A program made the translations under genes and the position numbers. From assembly GCA_964106645.2 (NCBI GenBank), contig OZ067038.1: a stretch of DNA of 64,000 bases; one strand, given 5' to 3'. Shown here piece by piece: positions 40,801 to 51,300 of the stretch. Within the stretch, counting starts at the first letter, position 1. Each line of letters opens with the position of its first letter. Under the pieces are notes generated by a model. It worked only from the letters and a program-made list of their open reading frames with translations, was not told where the DNA came from and did not search any database. This stretch comes from Podarcis pityusensis. Taxonomy: Eukaryota.

Positions 40801-42459
40801 ATTCGCATCTAGAAGCAAACGTAACCCATGTCCGCGCATCTGTACGTGTCACGTTTTGTCGCTTCTGCGCATGGCGTCATTTTGAGTGCGCATGCACAAG
40901 CAGCGAAACCTGGAAGTAACGCACTCCGTTACTTCTGGGTTGGCGCGGAGCGCAACTCGAACACGCTCATCCCGAAGCACATTCAACCCAAGGTATGACT
41001 GTAATGGTAGCTTTGAAAGATGCTGATTAAACTTCAGGTTAACATTCACTGATTCATGGTCTTTTCTCCACTCCCGTTCTTTTTATGAAAATGAGTGCTT
41101 TGGTTGGCACAGCAAGACTAGGAGACAAAAAGTTCTCCCCAAATTTCTGTTTTTTAATGGGAAAAACTCTCTTCTCCTCGGTGTCAACATTTCTGGGAAT
41201 TTTATATCTCTGTTCATACCTGGGGGTTTGCAAAGAGCCCTCTGCCACTGCCTTCCTGGGGCCCAGTAACTAACATTGAGGGATGGGAAGGAGACAGGTG
41301 CTGGTGCTACTCTCCAGACTCTGTTGAGATTTTTTCCTCCTGTCAGGGATGGGAGATGCTTCCTCAAGAATTGGATGCCTCTCCCCCCCCCCCAGGTGTG
41401 TTAATGGGCTTTGAAAAGGGAACTGGCCACTCTCAAAGGATGAAGGTGAGCATGGCCTCAGGTCACAGCTTGCCTTTCTCCTGCTTGCAAACATTTAAGC
41501 AGAAGCACTGTTTTGTGAGCACCCATACTCAAATATTTGTAAGGCCCACATCAATGTAACTGAGTTGCCTCGACCATCTTTTGTCTTGTAACATGACCAT
41601 CTGAGCCTATAAGTAGGCCTAAAGGCTGATTCTTTTGATGTCTCTGTGATTGCTCCCCACTTTGGGCTGTATCCCTAGCTAGTGCTTCTCAGAGTAGACC
41701 CACTGAACTTAATGAACCTAAGGTAGGTCTACTAACTCTAGTGGCTCTGAGTAGGACTAAACTTAAATACAACCCTTGTCTTATGTAAAGCTTCCTTAGA
41801 GCACTGCTGCCAAAATATGTTCATTTCATAGTTTAGAGCAGAGCTTTCCCAACTTTTCATGTTGGTGGCAGTTTTTAGACATGCATCGTTTTGTAACCAG
41901 AGGTTAAACTAACCCCTTTCCAGCCCCAGTAGTAGTGCAGAAAGCGTTTGCACAACATACCTACACACTGCAACTAACGTGTTGTGACACACAGTTCGGA
42001 AAGCTCTGGTTTAGAGTATGTGATGTGATCACCTTCCTTAAATTCCTACACCGGCCCTCAAACAGCTCAAATTTAGTGCTTTCAAAAGTGGTTCCTCCCA
42101 TTTTTCTGTTCTCATATTCCACAGTATTTCTGGAATCGAGTAATTCAGGATTGTGGTGCTAGAAAAGCAAAGTGTTACCCAGTGCTTTTTTTTCGGGGGG
42201 GGGGGGGAGTGCCAGTACTCACTGCCCAGAAATGGCCATAGGAGGGATAGGCAAGTGTGCAAAAAGAGCTGCTCTGCACATGCTCAGGGAAAGAGGCAGC
42301 AGGGCTCCAAGCACCACAACTTTTATCTGTTTCCTCATTTTGCATTTTTTAAGTAATATAAAGTTGCACTGTGTTAATACTTGGTTCCACATTTTTTAAC
42401 TTCTTAGGACTGATCAACAAGCTCTTCTAGCAGAAGCATCCGTTAATGGCCCTGTATGA
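9403..42459 (+). CDS. PPP6R3: Serine/threonine-protein phosphatase 6 regulatory subunit 3 (SAPS domain), spliced CDS of 22 exons plus an optional microexon
   Basis: Exon translations run [20 protein letters not shown]... to ...SVNGPV*, matching vertebrate PPP6R3. All visible introns are GT-AG and exon phases are consistent throughout. Confidence 0.97.
11323..11345. repeat. (TG)n microsatellite
   Basis: Direct reading. Confidence 0.88.
12648..12834 (+). CDS. PPP6R3: PPP6R3 coding exon 2 (YPNISCELL...RKPEQ)
   Basis: ctttcag|G...CAG|gtaatt; 187 nt. Confidence 0.97.
13561..13698 (+). CDS. PPP6R3: PPP6R3 coding exon 3 (IVDFLKKK...QEVLN)
   Basis: tttcacag|ATC...AAT|gtaagt; 138 nt. Confidence 0.97.
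16006..16071 (+). CDS. PPP6R3: PPP6R3 coding exon 4 ([22 protein letters not shown])
   Basis: ctacag|TGG...GAT|gtaagg; 66 nt. Confidence 0.97.
16739..16851 (+). CDS. PPP6R3: PPP6R3 coding exon 5 ([11 protein letters not shown]...LATLEK)
   Basis: gtttag|AGA...AA|gtaggt; 113 nt. Confidence 0.96.
18215..18328 (+). CDS. PPP6R3: PPP6R3 coding exon 6 ([10 protein letters not shown]...ETRRPT)
   Basis: ctctttag|A...AC|gtaaga; 114 nt. Confidence 0.96.
18633..18760 (+). mobile_element. Short tRNA-derived SINE with a CR1-like tail
   Basis: tagttggtagagcatgag...agggtcgtg..gagccccacgttg head, then gcagggggttg.acta.atgaccct..cccttccaa.tct..aattctatg tail. Confidence 0.7.
19200..19329 (+). CDS. PPP6R3: PPP6R3 coding exon 7 ([11 protein letters not shown]...LLEPPK)
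   Basis: cattttag|A...AAA|gtaagt; 130 nt. Confidence 0.96.
20440..20592 (+). CDS. PPP6R3: PPP6R3 coding exon 8 (KSVMKTTWG...SIGVIL)
   Basis: tgtctag|AAA...CTG|gtaaga; 153 nt. Confidence 0.96.
22116..22265 (+). CDS. PPP6R3: PPP6R3 coding exon 9 ([13 protein letters not shown]...LLLKH)
   Basis: cctacag|GAC...CAT|gtaagc; 150 nt. Confidence 0.97.
22804..22868 (+). CDS. PPP6R3: PPP6R3 coding exon 10 ([22 protein letters not shown])
   Basis: ttttatag|CTT...CA|gtgagt; 65 nt. Confidence 0.95.
23606..23721 (+). CDS. PPP6R3: PPP6R3 coding exon 11 ([18 protein letters not shown]...QQLIK)
   Basis: ttgcag|G...G|gtaagt; 116 nt; contains the SAPS GYMGHL motif. Confidence 0.97.
24530..24615 (+). CDS. PPP6R3: PPP6R3 coding exon 12 ([11 protein letters not shown]...NTVDL)
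   Basis: tttctag|AG...CTA|gtaggt; 86 nt. Confidence 0.96.
24705..24865 (-). mobile_element. CR1-type 3' tail fragment
   Basis: tcatagaatcatagaa...gagttggaaggga...catctagtccaacc. Confidence 0.7.
26458..26544 (+). CDS. PPP6R3: PPP6R3 coding exon 13 ([13 protein letters not shown]...SSLQQ), 87 nt, phase 0/0
   Basis: tctctag|GTT...CAA|gtgagt. Confidence 0.96.
28050..28197. other. Assembly gap (148 N)
   Basis: Run of N. Confidence 1.
28107..28204 (+). CDS. PPP6R3: PPP6R3 coding exon 14 (expected AFSDYQMQQ...DDIGN); only the last 7 nt are visible, the rest lies in the N gap and the start is inferred
   Basis: After the gap: TC GGC AA|gtgagt = (I)G N, phase 2, joining T GTT TCT of the next exon. 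The start assumes the human 98-nt length. Confidence 0.75.
31079..31133 (+). CDS. PPP6R3: PPP6R3 coding exon 15 ([18 protein letters not shown])
   Basis: gttcacag|T...AGT|gtaagt; 55 nt. Confidence 0.96.
32938..33068 (+). CDS. PPP6R3: PPP6R3 coding exon 16 ([17 protein letters not shown]...QRRSS)
   Basis: gattag|GGC...AG|gtaact; 131 nt. Confidence 0.96.
33741..33859 (+). CDS. PPP6R3: PPP6R3 coding exon 17 (SGSTDSEES...VDLNE)
   Basis: ttttaaaaag|C...G|gtaggt; 119 nt. Confidence 0.94.
34743..34896 (+). CDS. PPP6R3: PPP6R3 coding exon 18 ([13 protein letters not shown]...FTSSLS)
   Basis: tttccag|CA...AG|gtagga; 154 nt. Confidence 0.96.
35787..35890 (+). CDS. PPP6R3: PPP6R3 coding exon 19 ([15 protein letters not shown]...TQPE)
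   Basis: ttctttcaaag|T...G|gtaaaa; 104 nt. Confidence 0.94.
36655..36805 (+). CDS. PPP6R3: PPP6R3 coding exon 20 ([13 protein letters not shown]...TAVFK)
   Basis: tttacag|CT...AG|gtaaga; 151 nt. Confidence 0.95.
37849..37882. repeat. (TG)n microsatellite
   Basis: Direct reading. Confidence 0.92.
38161..38362. mobile_element. hAT-type MITE
   Basis: TIR cagtgcaggatta / taatccggcaccg; 8-bp TSD ttcaagcg / ttcaagtg. Confidence 0.75.
38850..38960. mobile_element. Partial hAT-like MITE end
   Basis: CpG-rich ...ccggcccccgggccttagtttgcctaccc, related to the TIR of the 51108 element. Confidence 0.5.
39840..39857 (+). CDS. PPP6R3: PPP6R3 alternative 18-nt microexon (R-VLKSY-R)
   Basis: Long polypyrimidine tract, ttcag|AGTGTTGAAATCCTATCG|gtatgt, phase 2/2. 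Gives FKRVLKSYREEG, as I recall from the long human isoform. Confidence 0.88.
40175..40297 (+). CDS. PPP6R3: PPP6R3 coding exon 21 ([14 protein letters not shown]...SLEQR)
   Basis: ttctttag|T...AG|gtagct; 123 nt. Confidence 0.94.
40758..41001. mobile_element. Tc1/mariner-superfamily MITE, different CpG-rich subfamily
   Basis: TA|cagtggtacctc ... aaggtatgactg|TA. Confidence 0.78.
41839..42008. mobile_element. hAT-type MITE
   Basis: TIR cagagctttcc / ggaaagctctg; perfect 8-bp TSD gtttagag. Confidence 0.85.
42408..42459 (+). CDS. PPP6R3: PPP6R3 last coding exon ([16 protein letters not shown])
   Basis: ttcttag|G ACT...GTA TGA; conserved SVNGPV C-terminus. Confidence 0.95.
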
Positions 42460-43980
42460 TATGTGATATTGACTGCTGTTGGCTGAAGAATATGAACTGA
42501 TATGCAAGGATTTATGTCTCTTGAGGATTTCATCTAGAGTAATTTTGGAGCCAGTCAATGCTGCACTAATTTCGCAAGGGATCAGGACCAGCAACATTTA
42601 TATTCTAGATTTTAAGACATTGTACAGAAATTCATAAGTGTAAAAATTGCACATTGAGAAATACCAAGAAATTTTTGCGTATGTTTATAATTGTATTGTT
42701 CTAAATGATGGGTGGCCTGTGAAATAAGATCTTGCCACCCTAGTAACAAAAGTAGTGATACTATAGTTAAAATGGCTGTAAGAATAGTTTTATAAAAAAG
42801 TGAATACACAAATCTAATGTATTTGAGGCATAACTATTTGACAATTAGTGACCAAAGTATTTAGCAGTTTTCATAATATTTCACCCTAAAAATATCTGAA
42901 GTCCATGTTTCTTTCAGTTTGGCAAAGAATTGTTCATCTGCAATGCCCTTTAAATGTTTTGGTTTTAGATTTTGAAAAATGATTTTAAAAGAATTTTGGT
43001 GTTCAACATTTTACAGCAGATTTTCAATTGGTAATTGTTTTCTGTATTGTTTAAACCAGATCAAAATGTAAGTCTATGGGTAGAGATTTTAAGTATTTAT
43101 TGCTACAATTTAGTTGACAAATTGATGTTACTGTAAAGCCATATGTTCTGTTAAGTCTTTGTTTGCTTGAAACAATACCTTACAGGTGAAACACTAGAAT
43201 ATTTTTGAAGTGCACATGGCTTGTTGTGTATTTTAAGTGATTCACCTTTTTTAACCCATTCACCAAGATGTACTTTAATTCAGAGCATTATAAAATTAAA
43301 CATTTTTGGAACAATCTTCATATTTAAAACACTGTAATCCTTTTGACAAATCAACTAAATATAATGAAATGCCCTTGCTGCTCATGTAATTACAGTTCGT
43401 GTTTTAAAGGTATATCTTTTAAATATCAAAATTGGGCACTTGAGCATGTTAATTGTTATACTTTCACTGTTTTGATCTGTGTGAAGTTTTTCATTTGTAA
43501 GTTTTAAACCAGTTTTTTTTTTCATAACTGGCCTGTGTATATATATATAGTGATTATGGAAACTAATTGTAATTTATAATTTTCTATGTCATAAAATTCC
43601 AACCGCCTTCTCAAACAAGCAATATAATGTATATTGCCACATTGTCTGGTGAAAGGGTTAAAGTACTTCACCTCTTGCACTTTTAGATGCAAATCCATTT
43701 TTATTTCTTTTCATAGAAAGTTAGTCATTTATTTTTACATCATTTGTTTTCCTGACCAGTATTTAAAAGCCAAAAGGATACTCTAAACAATGGCCAATGA
43801 CTTATTTTAGAAAGTGTCCCAAGCTATGTGCCTAATACTACATTGCATACAGAAATAAAGACAAATGTATACTGGTACTTCATTTTATTCTTCCCTTATT
43901 TTTAGCTTTTCAAAATGCAGTGTTCATGTAAAGTGTTCCCACCTGCATTTCAAATAAACATTTCGCTATATTGGAGGGAT
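42460..43980 (+). other. PPP6R3: PPP6R3 3'UTR (end approximate)
   Basis: AU-rich stretch after the stop with no recognisable repeats, ending near AATAAA at 43854 and 43953. Confidence 0.65.
43854..43958 (+). terminator. Candidate tandem polyadenylation signals (AATAAA 43854-43859 and 43953-43958)
   Basis: Canonical hexamers ~1.4-1.5 kb after the stop; the first is followed by a U-rich tract. Confidence 0.55.
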
Positions 43981-45078
43981 CTTCTACATCAAGTAGCAAA
44001 ACAGGAAGCATGTTGCTGCTTACCTACTGCAAAACAAAAGTGGATGCTGTCAGTTCCAGCTCACTGGTAGTTGATGCTCACTCATAGCATCTTTGCTTTT
44101 TTCAAAGAAACTGGAATTCATTTGGTTAGTTATGAGTATTGGCACCTTGTATGCCACAATGGATTTCATCAAAGGTGTGGTGTATTCCCACTCTTCTAAA
44201 TTGTTCTCCAACTTGTAAATGTTTGCAAAGTGAAAATGTTTACTAGTTGCAGCTGCATCCCCAGGTAATTACACCAAAGTTTTCAGGTGATAAACTTTGC
44301 CAAGTGACGAGCAGGATTAAGTATCTCCAAATTTTAATTCCCCCCCCCCCACTGAGTAGTAAGTGAACAGGCCCCTTTTTGCTGTATAAAACACAAACGA
44401 AAACTTTCCATTTCAGTATGTTCCTTTCAAAGTGTTGGAGTAAGCTAGAATTGAATTCAGCTCATACTTTTCAGGATGCAAATCTGAGGTAACAATCCTA
44501 AACTCAGTGGAATTTACTTTAAAATAAAGATTTATAGGATCAACAAAGTCCACTTAACGGATTACTTGGGATCTTTTTAGTGCATGGGAGATAACGTGCG
44601 CTGATGGTTTATCCTTGCTTCAGAGTTGATTAAAAGTATCTGTTTTTTAAATTAAATTACAGGATGCATCTTGTTAAAAAAAAAAATATTCTGTTAATTT
44701 ATGACTACCGAATCCTGATGTACCTAAAAGGAGCACGCCTTCCCCCCTCCCATGGAGTGAGCATGGCTTCCTTTTGCTTTCATTCCACATGATACGTAGT
44801 GGCACAAAATACCTCCCTCTCTCAGAGAGTTTGTTTACCTTCTGAAAACACTTTCAAGTGATGTATATTAACTCCTTTTAAAAGCAATCTGCTCCAAGGA
44901 TATTTGTGGTGGTTGTAGACAATGTGAATTTGTAACTGTTCACGAGGCCAGCATCAGTGGCTATAAACAGTCAGACCTGTGCATGTATCAAAAGGTAAAT
45001 AATTCTGAAAACAATATCAATGGGCATTGTTATTGCTGTGTTTATCTGAATTCTATTGAGGCATAAATTAGTTTAAAA

Positions 45079-45084
45079 TTTATT
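45079..45084 (-). terminator. Candidate polyA signal of the SLC9C-like gene
   Basis: TTTATT on + (AATAAA on -), ~150 nt after the probable stop. Confidence 0.45.
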
Positions 45085-45234
45085 ACACAAATTACAACAG
45101 CTGAAATAAGATCAGATAAACTAAAAACAGTTTGAACAGTCTAGATTAGCGTGCATACATGGACAGTGCTGTTTTGCCAGCACTTACGTCTAAGCCAAAT
45201 TTTGTATAACTTTAAACCTTTCACAGAACAAAGG

Positions 45235-45398
45235 CTAACTAATAAAAAAAAAACTGGCTCCATCAGCAAGCTGATATTTAACACTTAAGCTTGTTTCTCT
45301 ACAAAACCTCATATCCTTGCTCTCTGGTGCTGTAACATGACATGTATTTCTCATTATTTTTTCACTTTGGGGTTTTTTGAGCTTAAATATGTATACTC
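45235..45398 (-). CDS. Probable last coding exon of the SLC9C-like gene ([11 protein letters not shown]...FFFIS*)
   Basis: Strong acceptor ttttctcttttacag, phase-1 compatible, open to TAG at 45235, with AATAAA downstream. No recognisable homology supports it. Confidence 0.55.
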
Positions 45399-48300
45399 CT
45401 GTAAAAGAGAAAATTACATGGTCAAATGTCTCAGCTACATTTTCCATACAGTATAATAAACATCTAATTTAATAAATGAATTATTACAATTACTAGATTA
45501 CTAGACACTTGTTTATTTTCAGACTAGTCACCTGGTAGTGAAGTGAGATCCATCAGATTTAAGTAGGTGTGACTTTTTATATATATACCCAAATAAAAGA
45601 TTTGAAACTGATCAATTATCACATTGTTGATAAACCAGGACCTTTTGAATCAGTCTCTCTTGTTTCCCCCCTACATATCTAAAACTCAAGGATGGAACAT
45701 ACTGCAGCTACTTATGCAGTCTTATCAGGAAAGCGGATGGTGGAATCATAGACTTGTAGAGTTGAAAGGGACCCAAGGACCATCTAGTCCAGGGGTAGTC
45801 AACCTGGTCCCTACCGCCCACTAGTGGGCATTTCAGGATTCCAGGTGGGCGGTAGGGGGTTCTACGGCACATGTTACTGCAGCACTGGTGGGTGGTAAGG
45901 AAATTGTACCATCAAGAAAGATGCGTTGGTTGGCAGTAGATATAAAAAGGCTGACTACCTCTGATCTAGTCCAACCTATTCAGTTGATGGCAGTCTCATT
46001 TTATGGAAGGCCTCCTATTAACAGCCCAAAAAAGAGAACCGTGCTACACTACCAGACTTTAGATACTTTGGTCACTAAGAACCCAAAGAATATTTTGCAT
46101 TATTCCACTTTATGAAATTTTTATGCCTGCATTTATACTGTGGAGTAAGTCACACTGAGTTCAGTGAGTCTTACTCCTAGGTACAGGAGGAAGGGGTGGG
46201 AAACTTGTGGCTGCCTAGATGATGTTGGACTCCCAACGCCTATTAGACCTAGGTAGCACAGCTAATGCTCAGGGATAACAAGAGTTGCACTCCAGTGACA
46301 CTGAAGGCACAGATTCATCATATAGCATTGCAGGCTCAATTATTTAAGTTTACACATCCTGCATTATAGAAACCTAGTATTTCAATTTTGCTAGTTGCCA
46401 TTACAAATAAGCAATTGTCTTAGTAATTTAACATGCTGGCTTGAATTCCCTTTGCATAAGCAAGCACTGCAGTAGTTTCCAGTTTGAATAATGCCTGCCT
46501 CCTAAATGTGGTATTTCATGTATTTATTATCTCAAATGAATTGTGTGTTAAATGTTGACATTGTGTCCAGAAAGTACCCTGCTCTGAATTAAACATTTCA
46601 ACTTGCCTCTATCCCACTGTTCTTCTAACTAAAGGAATGACCCTACATTAGCTTTGCAATGTACTCCCTGGTGTGGCTCTGCTGGTGCACAAATGCATCT
46701 TGCTGCTGCCTTGCCCCTCCCTTTCTTTTCCGCCGAACTGCTCTTGCATGAGACTGCTGTATTAAAAATAATATCATATGCCCCTACAGGTATAGAAGGC
46801 AAGAAAGAAAAAGGGGAAGAACGGAAACAGGAGCCTTTCATGCAAGCAACTCCAAATCCTTATTTGGTTTGGAGCAACACCCAAGGTGTAAGAATCAAAT
46901 TTGGTTTACATTTAATATACACTTATACTTACCAAATCAGAGTTTATTGTACTTGGACTGGAAAGATTCATTCCAAAAACATGTCCCAAGGCAGCTGTAA
47001 AGTTTAAAGGGCTTTAAAACTTGCATGAATTTTGGGGAATTAAAAAAAACCCTATACAATATTAAAATACAGAACTTTTTCAAATTTATCTTGTTTACAT
47101 TCGCCCGTTATTTTGTAAATTTTCACAGGAAATTAAATCCCTGTAAGAAGACTTTAACTATCCTGTTTATTGTGGCTGAATCCAGTGTGTCCCATCTAGG
47201 AATGGACAGGCTTCTTTCATTCATGAAAGGAACTGAGATCCAACAGAGGAGGCACGCTAGAGGAGGGGAGGCAATTCTGGCCAATTCCTCCTCCTATCTC
47301 CCATGCAACTCCTATGATGAGTACTGCCAATTTTATGTCCTCCCTCCCTGCTCCATTCTCCTCTTCCAGCATGGCTGAGAGTTTGAGTTTCATACCAGGT
47401 CGCCGAGATGAATGATAGTGGCCCTCAGTGCTGCTTGAGGATGCTGCAGGGTTCTTTCGTGCTCCTTGCTCTGAACTTCGTACAACCAGCAGTTTTGTTG
47501 ATGATGCAGTGCCTTGTACCTAGAATATTGCCATGGTAATTGTTATTTTTGAAATTAATTCATCTGAGCTTAATACAAAGATGGAATAACACCTCATCCA
47601 GGCAGCAGCCTTCTTCATAGCTTCTACATAAAAGTTAAATTAAGCTGAGCACAATAATGGCTCAGTACAATTTTAAATTTAATTTTAATAATACTCAATA
47701 AGGGGAGCCACAACTCACCCTCTCAACACACAAAATTATCAAGAGGCATGTTTGGGCTTAATATTTCCAAATACTCTCTTACTACATTTTTTCAAGACGC
47801 AGTAGCATTATATCCCACCCTTGTACCCCAGACTCTCATGAATTTTATGATTTTTCCCCAATTAGGATTTTTGTCTAAAGCCTTTTTTGTACTTCTGTAA
47901 ACCCTGAGTTTCCTCTGAATCTGCTAATGACTTACTCTTGTGTGTGGATAAGTAAAATTTTTGTCACACAAGCTTCCCTGACTGATGCTATCCCTCCAGT
48001 TGCCAGAGAAAGGCACAGCAACAATCTTCTCATGGCTGTTCCTGGAAATAAAATGGCTGAGATGTGCTCAGCAGTGACAAACCAGAACTGAGAGGCATGA
48101 CAGGAGAGAAGCCCTCAACTCAATAAATGACACATAACATGTCAGAAACAAATTCAAAAAATTTCCACTTTGAAATAGGCTTTGGCATTTTCACATCTAT
48201 TAATTTCCCTAGCAGTAGAAAATCTGCATTAATAAAGGTGGGGGAGAAGGTCTAGGGATTTTAATTTCGGGTGTGAAATGGTTTTTTCTTTTCTTACAAA

Positions 48301-51300
48301 TTTTATTGTCTTCCAAGACAAATACATGTACAGCTGTTAATTTTCGTGTGCAATAGTTTTCAAGTTGTGGGGGTCCAGATGTTTTCCCTTCAGGAAATAC
48401 CACTGCTGTGTTTTAGAGACAAGGTGTTGCTGTGGTCTAAACCACTCAGCCTCTTGGGCTTGCTGATCAGAAGGTCGGCAGTTCGAATCCCTGTGACAGG
48501 GTGAGCCCCCGTTGCTCGGTCCCAGCTCCTGCCCACCTAGCAGCTCAAAAGCACGCCAAAAAGTGCAAGTTGATAAATAGGTACCGCTCCAGCGGGAAGG
48601 TAAACAGCATTTCCGTGCACTGCTCTGGTTTCGCCAGAAGCAGCTTAGTCATGCTGGCCACATGACCTGGAAAAACTGTCTGCGGACAAATGCCGGCTCC
48701 CTCGGCCAGTAAAGTGAGATGAGCACTGCACCCCCAGAGTCATTTGTGACTGGACTTAACTGTCAGGGGTCCTTTACCTTTGCCTTACATTTTAGAAAAT
48801 CACAGAAAACATTATGCCCCCAATCTAACTATGTTTACAACAGCATGCATTTTTGCATGCAGATTCAAACCCTAGAACACACTACAAAGTAGCTGTGGCT
48901 GCTATCAAGTGGCAGGAAGCACATTTCTATGTACCAGATACAGCTAAGGATGCGGTTGCAGAAACTTGCTTACCTGCATGCAGTTAATGTTGCAATGAGA
49001 GGCAATCTATGGATTGTGGTTTAACACATGTTGTGAACATTCATTCAAAGATATCCATGATATAACTAATAACTGTGACACAAGTTCCTTATCCAAGCTG
49101 TTTTCTAAATTTGGGTGTGTGTATTTATTTATTTATTTATTTATTTAATTTCATTCCGTACAAGCCAACAACTGTCCCAATGTAACACTAAAATAGAACA
49201 GCTCTGGTGACCATTTTGTTTTGTTTTAAAAAATACTTGGAAACACCAAAGACTAACTCTTTTCCTCTTCTTTCCCCTCTTCCCAGTGCTGAAGATATAC
49301 TATGAATTAGTTAGAGGGCAAACATCCTTACCTGATGGCAGGTTTTAGGTAAAAGAAATGGCGCATAGTAACGCTGCCCTAGTTGACAATCTAGAACAGT
49401 TCCGTGTACAAGAATGACCTCATCCATACTCCCATCAAAAATGTCACATTTGGTGTGGTTTGGTACATCCAGCAAATAAATATTAGAAAGTTGCACACAC
49501 ATCTTGTAATTCCAGTCCTACAATGAAAAGTCATATGATACAGTTTCTGCAGTTGTTTACAGAAGTTGAAATATGATATGAGTATAGTGGCTTAAACTTT
49601 AAATAGCTCAAAGAAAATCAGTCTAGAATTGGTAAGTTTATATTTACATTTTATTTAGTGGTGCTGTTAGGCTTTCTGTTTTATACTGTTGCATATGACA
49701 ATGACTTGGTAAATGAAGGTATGCGTACTTACCTTCATTATTTCCTTGGCCTGTTCGCTAAGCAAGTAAATTATGTAAAAGATTGCCCAGCATAAGCAGT
49801 TAGTTTTCAAGTTAATAGTTTTGAATGTATTCTACTTAGTTATCCCCTCATTATGCTTTTATTAAAAAGGTAAAGGTAAAGGACCCCTGACAGTTAAGTC
49901 CAGTCACAGACGACTCTGGGGTTGCGGCGCTCATCTTGCTTTATTGGCCGAGGGAGCCGGCGTACAGCTTCCGGGTCATGTGGCCAGCATGACTAAGCCG
50001 CTTCTGGCGCAACAGAACACCGAAACCAGAGCAGTGCATGGAAACGCTGTTTACCTTCATGCCAGAGCGGTACCTATTTATCTACTTGCACTTTTTGGCG
50101 TGCTTTCGAACTACTAGTTGGCAGGAGCTGGGAACAAGCAACGGAAGCTCACCCCGTCGTCGGGATTCAAACTGCCTACATTCTGATTAGCAAACCCAAG
50201 AGGCTCAGTGGTTTAGACCACTTTTATTAACAAAGTTTAAAATGGAAGTTTTACACAACAAGCCAGTCAGACAATCTAAAATGATGAGCAAACAAATCCA
50301 CACCTCTACACAACCTTGATTACACCATTTCAGCTGTAACAACACTTTAGTTATCTACTATGTGTAACAACCTTGGTGTGCCATCGTATTAACCCAATTA
50401 TTTAATCCAAGACAACAACAAAAATCACATATTCCATTTTACTTTTCCTTTATTGTATGTCAGTTTTAGACATTTTAATGCCAATCAACATTTCAGTTCA
50501 AACTCCATAGTTGATTGAAGTTATGCTTTTTTCTAGTATTCCAACAACCATAAGCAAGTTATGAATTAATTAAAGTCTAGTCATGGTCTAACTCCTCTAG
50601 ACAATCCAGTATAGAATAGAACTGGGGAGACAATAGGTTCAAATCCCCATTCAGTCATGAAGCTTACTGAGGATGACCTTTGGCCAGTACAGTATCTCCG
50701 CCCAACCTATCTCAGAGTTGTGAGAATAAAAAGGTTGCTGGACCACAGATAGATCCAAGTGAGCAACATGAAGACTGGGAGTGGACGTCCTCTAGGCTCC
50801 ACCCCCTTGCAGAAAACTTCAGCACCTTAAGAGGGTGAACCCTCTGACCTGAAGGGGGACACTCCTCTGATCCACAGCCTCCCTCCTGGTACACTCCTTA
50901 CACTGCTGGATTGACGATGTGCACTGTGAAGCTTTTGGTTCTTCAGGCTCAGGGAAGGTTCCTCTTGAGTCTGGGGTCTGGCCCGATAGGTCTTAGTGGT
51001 CCAGAAGGTTCCTCTGGGGGCTTCTGTCCAACAGCATCAAGTCTCCCTATGTTCAGCTCTGAGCCCTGACCTGAACTGGCTTTTCTTCTGGTGTCCACCT
51101 TCTACGCCAGGCATAGGCAAACTCAGCTCACCAGATGTTTTGGGCCTACAACTCCCATCATCCCTAGCTAACAGGACCAGTGGTCAGGGATGAGGGGCGT
51201 TGTAGTCCCAAAACATCTGGAGGGCTGAGTTTGCCTATGCCTGGCGTAGAAGGTGGACACCAGAAGAAAAGCCAGTTCAGGTCAGGGCTCAGATTCTCCA

